From Dudresnaya verticillata (lineage: Eukaryota): 64,000 nt of DNA. Positions 1 to 11,912 of this stretch are shown one piece after another. The position numbers were made by a program, and so were the translations under genes. Positions within the stretch are counted from its first letter, which is position 1; every line of letters starts with the position of its first letter. The stretch is from positions 1,550,001 through 1,614,000 of the forward strand of contig OZ374564.1 of the NCBI GenBank assembly GCA_977862235.1. The letters are read 5' to 3'. The notes under the pieces were generated by a model. It saw only the letters and a program-made list of their open reading frames with translations. It ran no database searches and was not told where the DNA came from.

Positions 1-1150
1 TCATTAATGCAGGCGAAAAGGCGCAGGATATTGCAAACATTGGAGAGTCAGGGGATTTACAGTATCAACTGCTACTAGAAAACAATGCTTTGGTACTATC
101 GAGCCTGTGTCTGTCGTAGTCGAGTCACTAAACGTCATGAGTCAGAACGGAGCGGAGTGAACAAAGTCTCTCGCAGGGCTTCTTGAGCACAACTCAAGCA
201 GGTAATTTTTAGCGGTCGTCCTGTATGCTATATGTTCCTGGAGAGAGCGTTCGGGTTTTCAAGAGAACTTCAGTCAGCGCGGAAAGGGACGAATAGGAGT
301 CGTGAAAGGACAGGTAGAGGGCTCTCTGTCACTTCCTCTTCTACTAAGCTGCTCGAGGTGATCTTTTCCTTTCCGGAGCGCCTTGATGACGTCTCCGGAG
401 ACTTGCAATCGGACAAACAGGAGACTCATCTTCCGTTCTATCAGAAACATTTAGTTTTCAAAATGTCTAACAAGGAACATGGAGCTCTGTATCCTATGCG
501 AGTGAGGCCATTTACAAGCTACTTCTACAGCGTTTATATTCGAAATTGCCCACAGATCAAGGTAAGGCGCACACATAGGTTTAAAAAATGTCCTGAACGC
601 GAACAGATGAAACCGTTACTCAAAAAGGCAGCCACAGGTCTTCCTGGCACAGCAGTGCTTCGAGAGCATCGGTCTCGATATCTGAACGAGGTCGCGAAGG
701 ACAGGACACAGTATCGCAAAAGAGAGAAATGGATTCTATGCACCCGAAGAGCTACTGCTCAGCAATAATCGATGGTGCTGTCCAGTCCGCGTTCCGACTT
801 CCCAACTTTGTTTGCCATCCGAGTGAAGCTCGAAGTGAGACCCATGTTCTTATTTCTGTTGGAATACCATACCGCACGGGTCGACTGTTATAGGGCAAAG
901 GCTTGGAACGATAGTGAATAACGGAACGTTGAAGAACTGTTCGTCTCGCGATGATGCGGATGCTTTGAGGCTTCCACGGTCGGATACTCGAAGTTGCTGG
1001 ACACCGTATCTAATCTCAGCAAATGCGCGAAAATAGGAAACGCGCAAGCCTTCAATGCAACCGAGATGCTGCAGCTTGCTTAGAGCGCATGCAAGAGCTG
1101 GGAGACGACTGACCCAGTCATACATGCAAGGTATGAGGTCAGGTTTAACG
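1..1150 (+). pseudogene. Degenerate Sola-like DDE transposase, homologous to the intact ORF at 42320-45802
   Basis: ORF 232-768 (FLERAFGFSRELQ...ETHLPFYQKHLVF...YFYSVY...IKVRRTHRFKKC) aligns by eye with FLETAFGFSRDLQ...EKHLPYFDKAAVY...YFYHVW...IKVRKSQRFTKC. A shifted frame near 750-810 reads YCSAIIDGAVQSAF versus YCSLIIDGADQKAF. Boundaries are approximate. Confidence 0.75.
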
Positions 1151-1193
1151 CGCAAAAGGAAACTACCCTCGGAAACGGTGATTTAGTGACTAA

Positions 1194-2145
1194 TATAGTG
1201 CCGACCTCAATACCGTCCTAGGCGCAGTTATACCGTCTCGGACGGACCTCTACCGCCCTCGGCGCTTCGCCGGCAACGGCGTTAAACATCAGAATTCGGG
1301 CGCGAACCTGCTCGCACTTCCAGGAAATGTCGCCCTAGGCGTGGATTACGGAAAAGCCGGTTTCCGATGAGTGACACGCGGAACACGCAGTATACGCGGA
1401 CACGTTGCACACTCGGCACCAGCCGAGCCGCAACCGCTCCAACATGTGGCTGACCAAATCATGTGGTACGTTTCTGTACGTGTAAGTGTAAGCATCCGCT
1501 TTACGTACGCCGCGGCATAGACAAATCTGTCAGGCGCGTGGCTGCATTCCAGGGCACTTGTCAGACCCGCGCTCGGAAGACACGTGTCCTGAGTTCCCGC
1601 GCGCCGCGACAAAGCCGCCGTTTCTGTATCAGTAGCAGTACTACATAGGAAACCCGTCGGGAGACGACTCAGTAAACCCCCGTCACGCCGGTCTGCCTTC
1701 AGACTTCGCCCATTCACTCGATAGCGTCATTACCGCGAACTGCGCTGGAGATTCGACGCGACGATCGCGCTTCCGCGTCCAATTCCGTCTAAGACGTGTA
1801 CCCTTTTTCCCTTTCTCATCCGAGAAGCTCGGTGTCCTCCACCCTCAGCGCTCAAGAGCGGACATCATCGTTACGCTATTAGCGTGGGATACGTGCCCGA
1901 ATACCGCGCAAACGCCTCGTTCCCGTCGTTGACGTGTGTTTTCCCCTTGTCTCCTTTTCCCGTCTGTACGACACTTTCCTTTCCCCCTTTCTCCGCCTCG
2001 GGCGTTTACAGTCCGCCCCTGGCATGTATCTACGCTCTACCCCTACTACCGACCCGGCGCTCACCCGCCTGAGGCGAGTTACCGCCAGGCTACGAACGGC
2101 CCGGTGGGATAAACTTGTTATCCGTCCACAACGTTTTGCACTACA
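1194..2145 (+). mobile_element. Solo LTR
   Basis: Ends TATAGTGC (TG decayed to TA) ... GCACTACA. TSD ACTAA at 1189-1193 and 2146-2150. Shares CTCAGTAAACCCC and GGGCGTTTACAGTCC motifs with other LTRs in the window. Confidence 0.8.
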
Positions 2146-2367
2146 ACTAAGATGGTCAAGGTCTAGACGCATGAGGCCTTCTGTGTTAGCTGTGACATAG
2201 CGCCCGCCCGCAGCGCGACGCATATCGTTGCCCAGTAGGCAGATGCCGGTGAAGCGACCCTCGCCTCCGTCATCTGGGTGCCAGACAGGCTGTTCCAACA
2301 ACACAGCGAGAAGCACGGAAAACAGAAAGGCGCAGGCAGAAATCCGGGCACGCGGGCCAGGATGTGC

Positions 2368-2995
2368 TGTAGTGAAATCCACGAACTTCCGTAACAGACA
2401 GCTGGCCTAATTTACTTTCACGGAATGAGAGCGACAATGCCTCCACGGGGTGATAGAGAAGTTCGCCCCAAGACGGAAGAACAGTACAGGGTAATTGTAA
2501 TTGGATATTTTGGAAGAAACAGACAAGGGGTGGTGCAAATGACGGCAAGGGCTCCGTAAAGGTGGTGACGGTTGACCGTAACGGGCTTGGTGCGGGGAAA
2601 ATCATAAAGGAAAGGGCTACAATAGGCTTGAGGCTCAAGGGTTGCTTGAAAGTTTGCCTTAGGAGCCGCCGAGGTGCCGCTCTAATATAAAAGCTAGGCT
2701 GGCCTGGGTGGTCCGGTCCGTGGCGGTCATACCCTAGTGGTCTGGACTAGTGACGGAATCGCCGCTGCTGGTACCAATCTCCGATACAAACATACACAAC
2801 ATTATCATTGGCTGGCATCCTATACTGCGCACAGTACACAAACCCACTAAACTTTAAAGAAAAACGCTTCAAATACTCTACTACGGTCGGTGCGCTCCTC
2901 TCATGCGCAGCAATACACACTGCCACACAGCAATGCGCACAACAGCGACACAGATACACGTCCACATGTCCCACAATGGTGCAGGCCACACTATA
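2368..2995. mobile_element. Possible decayed solo LTR
   Basis: Starts TGTAGTG with a possible end CACTATA. Internal layout loosely resembles the 54829-55503 LTR. No clean TSD. Confidence 0.35.
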
Positions 2996-3445
2996 TGCAT
3001 TGCTACCGTCTCGGAAGCTGAAGCTCACTTCACCGCAGAGCTGTTTTGGAAGCACACAGCGTACGCAAAAATGGAAATAGTTATACCACTTGCGGTTACG
3101 TGGAGAAACATACAAACAATGACGCCAGCAGTGAAGTATCTACAATGCAAAAAGGGGTCACGGAAGTATTGCCACGCTCGCCAGTAATAAGCATTCGGGT
3201 GCTGATTCATCCAGGTCGGTCACGCGACCCTTACCGCTGATTTTGTATTTGCACTGTAAAGCAAGTGCGAGCCGCCGTCCCCGCGGCCGAATTGACGCGG
3301 GCACGGGCGCTGTGCAGAAATAAAAAGACATGCGACGTGCATCGTCTAGGTCAGAGGGCAGAGAGACACGGACCTAAGGCGGTCCTAGAGGGGGACACTT
3401 GTACCCGCTGACGTCCCTCGCTTTATCCTCTCTCCACAAGAGGGT

Positions 3446-4276
3446 TGTGGTGCAAATTACCCCACCCCACTAGCGTTCAATAACGTTCTGGCAAAATAAT
3501 GTGGTCTTAGACGTTTTTCACCACCTTTGGCGTTTGTGGTCGAGCTCGGACCGCGAGCCCGCTTTACTTCCGCCTTTCCGAGGATGGCGTGTGCAAATCG
3601 ACTATGCCGGGCGACCTGCGTCAGAACGAGCCTTTCCGCATTGCGCGCATATTGGCGGCGTTGCCGGTGTGTGAGGAAGCGCTTGTACGGAACCATGCAC
3701 CGTTATGGATGACCGCGCATTATACCACGACACTAAAGGTGTCATACTGGTCATCCGGGCCGTGCCGGACCTACAACGGGACCAAGGAACTGGTGCATGG
3801 TGTAAGTTAGCCGTGTCCACGTGTAGTGTAGTACAAGATGGAACGCGTGCGCGTGTTTGAAACGGTGGGCAAAACTTGTCAGACGCGCCCCATGGCGACA
3901 CGTATCCTTTGTTCCCGCTCGCCGCGATGCGACTTCCTTCGGTTTAACGGTTACAGTAACACTTAGGTAACCCGTTCAGGACGACTCAGTAAACCCCCGG
4001 CAAGTCGGCCTTGGTCCACACTACCGTTTCGGCGTCGACGAGTACTGAACCGCTGTCTTGAGGCACAAGCGTCTACCTCACCGAGCTTCCACGTCTGCTG
4101 CCATCAACGACGTGTTTTCTTTTGTGGGTTTTATTCTTCCCTCTTCTTCCGCTTTGGGCGTTTACAGTCCACCCTTGGCATCTGCCAGCTCTACCGACCA
4201 CCGTTACAGGACGTACTACCCACCGTATTCTCGGACTATCCGGACCGTGCTGCGTCACCGATGTATTTGCACCACA
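3446..4276 (+). mobile_element. Solo LTR
   Basis: 12-bp terminal inverted repeat TGTGGTGCAAAT...ATTTGCACCACA. Flanks AGGGT/ATGGT form a 5-bp TSD with one mismatch. Confidence 0.8.
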
Positions 4277-4860
4277 ATGGTAGACCCCTATATTGAAAAA
4301 CGTGCGGCCGTAGACCAGCAGCTTCTCGTGCGCTGAAAGACGCTGAAACAAATCTTTTAAAAGCTCTTGTTCTGGTCATTATGCAGGTCAACTCAGAAAT
4401 AGACACCCTCTCGCAGCGCCATAGAAGCGCACAGGCTAATACGGCAGCCTAAAGGTGTCGTGCGGAACCACCAAGACCCTCTCAATTGAACACAGATTTT
4501 ATTGGGTAATGCAAAAACAACGCATTTCCTCACGCTTTATCGGGCCGAACCTCCCGCTCTACCTTCTGAGCTTGAGCGCGGGGTCTCTTTTAGCCGCGCT
4601 GCGCATTCTGATGCACTGATGGCACCATTTTTATACGTTCTGCGCTTTGCAATATCGCGGCGAAGCCGCATAGAACCCGGAAGAATATTCGCCACGCCGT
4701 AGTGACCCGAAATGCCAACCCCACTTTAGTTGAAGCAATGTGCTGTGATTTCGTGCATCCGAACGCCGCGCACTGCTTTACGATTATCTCTTCTTCGCGC
4801 GTCTCTGTCTCTGCCCTCTTCGCCGCTTTCAGTGCGGTTTGCTATTGCGCAATATATAAA

Positions 4861-5661
4861 TGTGGCAAAGACGTCAGGTCGAACTGACTTCTAGCTGCGC
4901 TGGCCGATCAGTGGCATTCAGACCCATCGAAGGGTTGTAGGTGGTAGCGGTGGTAGAGCGGTGGTGTCGGCCACGCGCGCCGTCGACGGTCGCGGAGCTG
5001 ACGGAGTTGAAGCCTCAGCGAGCACGAGGCGTACCTTACGCCGGCGGCAGCGGCCGGATCCCAGCGTCCCCGTCGTAGGGTGCCACGAAGCCGACGATCG
5101 GAAAAGGGAAAGGGAAGCGCCTAGATGGCCAAGGGAAAATGAAAGCCGTAGGGCGATGGATACAGGCAAAGAACCCGAAGAGTACCAGCGTAGGCCGGTT
5201 GTTAGTTGTCTTTACTTAGCCAAGGATGGAGACTGGCATTAAATAGACTAGCTACAGGAAGCGGCGACACCAATGCCGGAGGTGCGCCAGCGTGCCCCGA
5301 TACGTGTGGACACGTACGGGTAACGGCTACCCGGGGCATGCGCGGGCGTAACGGTCCGCCGAGAACTAAAAGGCTCTATGACGGAGTGCGCGTGCGCCGT
5401 GTGCGGCACGGCGCACGAGACAGCAAGTCGTTCGGCCGCCGCTCAATTTAGACTACGCTGCACACGCAAAAAATATACGTACAAACTACATGAGATTGTC
5501 AATGTCACGTGTACACGTGAGAGCCACAGCGCACTTCCTTGCAGTTCAGCCGGGCTTCGGCGACACCTGCTGACAGCGTGCGCACAGCGTGGCACACGTG
5601 GCGCAGCTGGTCTTACAGCTACGTGTGCATGGAACAGCTGGTCTTATACAGCTATGACACA
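4861..5661 (-). mobile_element. Solo LTR (family shared with 10407-11347 and 53692-54465)
   Basis: TGTGGCAAAG...CTATGACACA. Flanks ATAAA/ATAGA. Long colinear similarity to the two other copies. Confidence 0.85.
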
Positions 5662-5929
5662 ATAGAGCCTCGGGTGAGGTCAATAGCAAGCCTTGGGAGG
5701 TATAAAAAATCCGGAACGAAGGACGGTGTGGTCATAGACTGCGGGCTGCAATCCCAAGCCGCGATGAGTTCGCGGCTAGCCTCCTACCTCTTTTCGTAAT
5801 CATAGCGACCATTCCCGCTGTAGAAACGGTCGTGTTGGGCCGGTGCCCGTCCAGTGGGCGAGAAGTTGTAGGTAGAGCCTGAGCGTTTTACGGCTGAACA
5901 CTCTTCTCCGGAACCAGCACGCTCAATGA

Positions 5930-6750
5930 CAGAAGGAATGTGGCCTTTAAAACGGCCGAGTAATCCAACATCGAGCGGTTGCGTTTACCCGGTAGTGTGG
6001 GAGGCTAACACGTACACGAGAATCCCGTTTTCATGAAGCAGATGCATTGCGTTAAACCGCATGTGGATCCTGTACCCGTCCATAAGCAGTAAAATCTATT
6101 CATGATTCGCACGACGAGACGGAGTCTCCCAGACGAAGTCCATAGCAAAAAACGCCGAATTAATCCCCGCAACATCGTCATGCCTGACAATCGTGCCATA
6201 TGCAGCCAGGAAGTCTGCCATAGACTCCGTGTACTGTCTGCCGTCTTTCTGCACTGTCCAAAACTTCATATATTTCCCCTTCAAGACAAATAGAGTCGAG
6301 CAGCTGTCCCCACAAGAATACATTACTGGAAGCATCGTGACGCGTTCGACATTCATGAATTGAAACAGTCGTTGGATTCCAGAAGAGCCGCGTGTCATTT
6401 CAGCTTTCCATTGTGTACTTGTTATGTGTTTCCCGAGAGGATACGTACCAGTCTCGTCATTATTTGCGATATGGTATGGTGCAGCTGCGATTCTCATGGA
6501 TAATTGGCTCTACGGCTTCAAAAGGGCTTCTGAGGCCATTGGAGGTAGTGGTGCAGAAGCACAACTCGCCTTGGGGTGATAAAAGACCGAGACGAATGTC
6601 TAAACGATAGCGGTGTGGGAAGAAGCGGAGAAAGGTTTCGTCCTGGCCGATTATTGATGAACTTAAGTGCTTTCTGAGTTTCGAGTCGCAGTTTGGAGAC
6701 AATTTACTGCATTGCATCTTAGACGCCCAGTCTGGCTCGCTGAGTTGTCG
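5930..6750 (-). pseudogene. Degenerate pogo/Fot1-like (DDE_1) transposase fragment
   Basis: Minus-strand pieces VERVTMLPV...LFVLKGK...ESMADFL and PHTTG*TQPLDVGLL parallel DHVTIMPV...ETPADFL and PAHTSHRTQVLDYSVF of the 16327-18112 transposase. Stops and frameshifts are present. Confidence 0.7.
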
Positions 6751-7199
6751 ATACCAGTCGCGGCGCCAGATGCGCGCCACCGCCGACGGCTCTCGCCGTG
6801 CTGATCTGGCACAAGGGCCAACGTTCGTCGGGCGGATGCTTATAAAAATTCGGAAAACCGCTCTTGGCTGGGCCAATCTTTTCGGCCAGATTTCATATCT
6901 CAACGGTCGGAACCGTTGGAAACAGCATTGCTGTACTGAGCGGGGGTCGCTCAGTTCTAAGACGGGGGCCGTGTTGAATAATGAGCGCCCGATCGCTGTA
7001 AGGGCACACGTGTACACCAGACGCCTGTAAGGCGTGAGGTGCACAAGGATTTGACGCTTGAGATAGATTATTCTCATTGGTTGATTGATTATGGTCACAT
7101 ATATTTTGGCATGGCGCGCCAAACCGCGGCGCGCCCCCACCTCAATGTCGTATTACACCTCATCTATATATCTTTGGATTGTAATCCACCTTTAGTGTG

Positions 7200-7420
7200 C
7201 AGTGTAACAGTATTAGGTAACTGTCAGAATTATAACTCTAACTTAGAGTGGGTAGCATTTCCGGCTCCCAGCCGTATTTATTGGGCCCCTGAGTAGCAGG
7301 GGCCCCGCACTAAATCGGCAGCGGTGTGCGCTTTGGGCTGTATCCCTTTTCTGGTCTTCCCACGGTGCCACCGTTGTTCCCTTGCCTTGGGCGTCTACAA
7401 GCCCTATCGTGCACGATGAT
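7200..7420. repeat. Dispersed repeat, second copy at about 15530-15760 (probably LTR-derived)
   Basis: GGCTCCC(A)GCCGTATTTAT-GGGCCCCTGA-TAGCA-GGGCCC-GCACTAAA-CGGCAGCGGT is shared between about 7263 and about 15586. Confidence 0.7.
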
Positions 7421-7536
7421 TGATCTAAGTTGTAGGGCTTTTCGTGCAAATCGTCTTTGATGGTAGACACGTCCGAGTAGTTCGGCTCGGCGGGTAGCGT
7501 GTCTGCGATGGGTAATGGCAGAGCAATGATACGACA

Positions 7537-8242
7537 GGTGCGGACTGTAGACGCCCAAAGCACAAGTAGAAAAGGGAAGAAAACCCAAAAGGAAGCACGT
7601 CGAGAACGTTAGCGGGCGTGGAAGCGCGGGTAGACGGACGCTTAGGCCTTCGAGTAGCGGTTGAATGCGCGCGACGCGAAAGAAGTCCAGACCCAAACCG
7701 GCTTACCGGGGCGTTACTGCTGCGTCCTAGACAAGGTACCTAGGTAATGCTACAGGGACGCGGTGCGGCGGCTGTATGACGTAGTGCGTAGGAATCCGGG
7801 ACGCGTGTCGCGTGGAGGTGCGTCTAACACGTCCCGGGGTGTTGTAGCCACTGTACGCCGTCGTGCGCGTCTTACAGAAGCACGCCTGCGTGGTGCTGTA
7901 GGCGATCCGGATTCGGATCCCGATTTACAGCAGTATTACAGGCGAACCTCCATTACAGCGGATCCCGATGTCCAATCCGGATGCCCAATCCGGATTCAAT
8001 CGGGATTCGGGCCAAGCTGATAGTCAAGCACCTTACACCTCGCTGATCCCGATGCATCATCCAGATCCGCTCCACAGCGTTGTTTCGTACAGTGTGACGG
8101 GCACGCGTGACGCGGGGTATGGCGCCCGCATGACGTGATTGCGTCAACGGTGAATAAGCCGTTTCAGGAGACCGTCGGTCGGTCAATGCGGTCTTGATAC
8201 GCCCATGGCAAGGAAATAGAAGCCCTGACCCCGTGCGCCACA
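7537..8242 (-). mobile_element. Truncated LTR related to 47445-50195 and 3446-4276
   Basis: Reverse copy of the GGGCGTYTACAGTCCGC motif at about 7540, a GGATCC-rich tract at 7905-8005, and a possible GCGCCACA end. No TSD found. Confidence 0.5.
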
Positions 8243-10333
8243 TGTTTCGCCTCCTCCTTTCTTTGTTTCTAGGTATTACACCCACAGGAAGTCTCTACCA
8301 CATTCTTTACCTTTGCCTTTACGCTACCACCCACCGTGAGTGTTTGTTCTTAGGACAACTGTCGCGCAGTTTGATCGCCGACTACCTGGCCGAAGGGCAT
8401 TCTACTACACACGCTTCTCCAAACCGGGTAGTCACCATCTTTTCATATGTAGGGGGTCCGATTGCTATCTTGTAGATCTCCGTTCGTAGTCCCACCACAC
8501 GAACAATGTAGCGAGCGGCGATGATCACCCACACGTCGAACATATTGGTATCTGCCTCCTTCTGATTCTTGAGAGACTCTTGACGGAGGTCGGAAGCCAA
8601 CCCAAAACCGGGCGGGGCTGATGTACTTTCCCTCATAGTCTCCAAACGTTCGCATGCTGTTGTGCTTCTCGAGGCCCTATCGCAGCGGCCATTCGCGGTC
8701 ATCCAAGAATCCACTGACAAAGCGGAGGACTGCCCTGCCGGACTCATAAGGGTAGCGGCTAAGACAGAAGCGTCGGTTGCGGTCATTCCACTCCGCTATA
8801 GGCCTGCACCGAAACCGGATCAATGTCAGCTTCGGCTGACGTGTTTGCCTTGACGCCTGCCTGGGGTTCGTCATCAGATCGTTGGCCGTTTCCTTGCTCT
8901 TACCAAATAGGGACATGGTTGTTCGCTAGTCCTTGATCGGTTTAACTTGAGTCAATTGTGGTCTGCTTCTTTTAAATTTCTTGAAACAACCCTACCGCCA
9001 GTCGTCTGTGTGGTACAACGGGTGTTCACGCCCTGTAATGAGCCACGTGGACACGAGTACTCTGTAAGGAATGGCAGGCACATAATGTGGTGTAGTGAAA
9101 GACACATCTGTAAGGAGAGCTGATCAGGCAATCCCAATAAGGAGTGATCTCACACGGCACCGGGGTGGTAGAGCTTAGTTCGTAGACCGAAGGGAGTACC
9201 TCGAGCGGCAACACCTGTAAGGAGTAAAGGGACGCAACAGACAAGGGGGACGGTACAGTGCCAGGACAGCTACACCGGGAGGGAGGTAAGAGGAATCCGT
9301 GCACGGGGCTGGCGAGGGGAAACCGCGAAGGAGTATGAGGGTAAGGCTTAGGGTAAGTCACTTTGCCCAAGGTTGCGTGCCCGTTTACTGTAGGACTCGC
9401 GGTGGCCACCCATTAATATACTGGGAGATACGCCCCGCAGTCCGGTCCGTGTGGGCCAGACCCCAACGGGTCTGGTCCACCAGGTGGGTCCGGCCCTACT
9501 GGTCCCGGTCACCGTTACGGACATGCTCGGCACTCTCATTGGCCGGCTGACACTACATACTGCACAGAATCATTACAATTACCTAATTACAAATAAATCA
9601 ACTACTCGGCTCCTATTGGTGGTGCGCGCAGAATCCAGCAGGGCATACAGTGCTACTGTGTCGCTGCACTCCCGCTTCGGCTTTTGGCGCGCGCTTAGCA
9701 GTGTAGCACAACGGGTCCAGCCCAGGAAGAGCAAGGAAAATAAAGGACACCTGTCCGGAACCGTCGTGCTCACGGGTAGCTCGGGTGTGGTCGAGGCTTG
9801 GTAGAATGGCACTAGGCCAGGAAAATGGGTGTGGGGGAAAAAGAAACAGGGGGACGCGACCAGGGTTGTGCGGGCATGTCGAAAAGCATATTCCCAGGGG
9901 TCATTGGTCATCGGTGTGGAAGTCTCGGAGGCCGGGCATGCGGACATGGGTACAACAGGCCAGGGATTTATTGTTGGCTCAGCACGGACATAGAGCATGT
10001 AGGAAAATTATTTTTAAAAAATAGGCGGACATGGGTCAGGTGAGGAACACCCAGGATAAGAACGGGCAGGGCAACGGGCATTTAATCCATGGCGACCCCG
10101 CACGGGCAAGGGGTCACATTATTATTAAAACATTGCGAAGCCACGAGCATGGCGGGCAAGGGCATTGCCAAATTTTTTTGTCACATTTCGACGACGGGCA
10201 CGGGCAAAGAAAAATAAGAAAAAAAGTACCCGGCATATAGACAAGGGCATGGGTCATTGGAAATTTGAGCAAATTTGGGCATGCCCGCCCGGGCATGCGA
10301 TATAAATATCAGAAATTCTACTTCTGCTGACGT

Positions 10334-10396
10334 GACCGCGTGGCCTAGTGGGTAAAAGCCGAAGCCGTGCGGGAACATCGTGGGTTCAATTCCCAT
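10334..10396 (+). promoter_or_regulatory. tRNA-like RNA polymerase III A-box/B-box pair inside the hAT end
   Basis: TGGCCTAGTGG (10341-10351) and GGTTCAATTCC (10383-10393). No convincing full cloverleaf. Confidence 0.55.
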
Positions 10397-10406
10397 AACT
10401 GCTCAA

Positions 10407-11347
10407 TGTGGCATAGACGTCAGGTCGAACTGACGTCTAGCTGCGCTGGTCGATCAGTCGCACCCAGACCGGTCGAAGGGTGGTAGCTGTGGTGGTAGAG
10501 CGGTGGTGTCGGCCGCGCGCGCCGTCGACGGTCGCGGATCAACGGCGTCGAAGCCTGAGCGCGCACGGGGCGTACCGTACGCGGGCGGCAGCGGCCGGAT
10601 CCCTGCGTCCCCATCGTGGGGCGGCACGAAGCCGACGGTCGGGAAAGGAAAAGGAAAGCCTAGACGGCTAGGGAAAGAGGGAAGCCGTAGGGCGAAGGAC
10701 TGGGAAAGAAACCCAAAGCAGAAAGGGCAAGCCTGGCGTAGGCTGGCTTGCCTGGTTTACTGAAGCCCAGAGGGGCGACTACTAGATATACTACAGGGCC
10801 TGCGGCGGCACCAACCCGGGAGGTGCGCCGGCGCGCCCCAACACGCGTCGACGCGTACGGGTAACGGTAACCCGGGGGCGCGCGTGGGCGAAACGGTCCA
10901 CACGTACTCAACGGCTCGACGCCGGAGTGCGCGCGCGCGTGTCACGCACTCAACGGCTCTGCGCCGGAGTGCGTGCGCCCAGCGCGCAGGACAGCAGGGC
11001 GTTCGACCGCCGCTTACACTAGACGGTGCTGTATACTACAAAACAATAAACGTAGAAATTACATGGGAGTTTCAGTGTCACACGCGTACGCGTGCACACG
11101 CGGGCGCCACTGTGCACTTCCTTACAGTTCAGCGGGGCTTCGGCGCCACCGGCTGACAGCGTGCGCACAGCAGTGCACACGTGGCGCAGCTGGTCTTACA
11201 GCTGCGCGCGCCACTGCGCACTTCCTTACAGTTCAGCGGGGCTTCGGCGCCACCGGTCTGACAGCGTGCGCACAGCAGTGCACACGTGGCGCAGCTGGTC
11301 TTACAGTTGCGCGTGCGTGGCACAGCTGGTCTTACAGCTATGCCACA
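10407..11347 (-). mobile_element. Solo LTR inserted in the hAT
   Basis: Perfect 10-bp inverted ends TGTGGCATAG...CTATGCCACA. TSD CTCAA at 10402-10406 and 11348-11352. Internal ~105-bp tandem duplication at about 11105-11310. Confidence 0.92.
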
Positions 11348-11912
11348 CTCAATCAGGGCTTTTCAAGCCTTGGTTCGCTAAAATCTATCCAGAGTCGGTA
11401 CAAGCAACGGTCTGTCGTTTGGAGTCTGGTTCTTTCTCGATGATCCCCTCAAGTTTCACTTGGAGCTATATTTTCAGCACCCTGGCAGTGTTGAATAGCT
11501 TTCGTGGCTTGTGCGTCGAGGAGAATTAGAATCTAGGCGTCACTCATTGTTTAAAGCTAAACAGTGTCCAATCGGCAGGACAGAGAACATTGCGAATGGG
11601 GGTGTACTGGTGGCAAAGCAGTTTAGAACCATATTTTTGCTGAAGGATAAAGATGGACGTAAAGAACTCTGCGATTAAGGCATGTGACGTAACTCCAAAC
11701 CAGCTATACAGCATATTTAGTGAGTTGAAATTGTGTACTCATGACTTGACTCAAACAACCCGTTACACCCGCCTAGGAAGAATCCGAATCGGTGCCGTTT
11801 TCGTTAGCCACTTCTTGCTCCAGAAGAAAGTCACTAAATTCCAGAAGATCGACGGCGGCCTTGCGTTCTTGTTCGCTCCAACTACCTTCATCTGGATAAT
11901 TTCGTGCAATGC

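Noticed and set aside
7146..7536. Solo LTR defined by TGTCGTAT...ATACGACA
   Set aside because: The flanks CTCAA and GGTGC do not form a TSD, so the boundaries are unsupported.
10334..10400. Functional tRNA gene
   Set aside because: The boxes are present, but the acceptor stem and anticodon arm cannot be formed convincingly.
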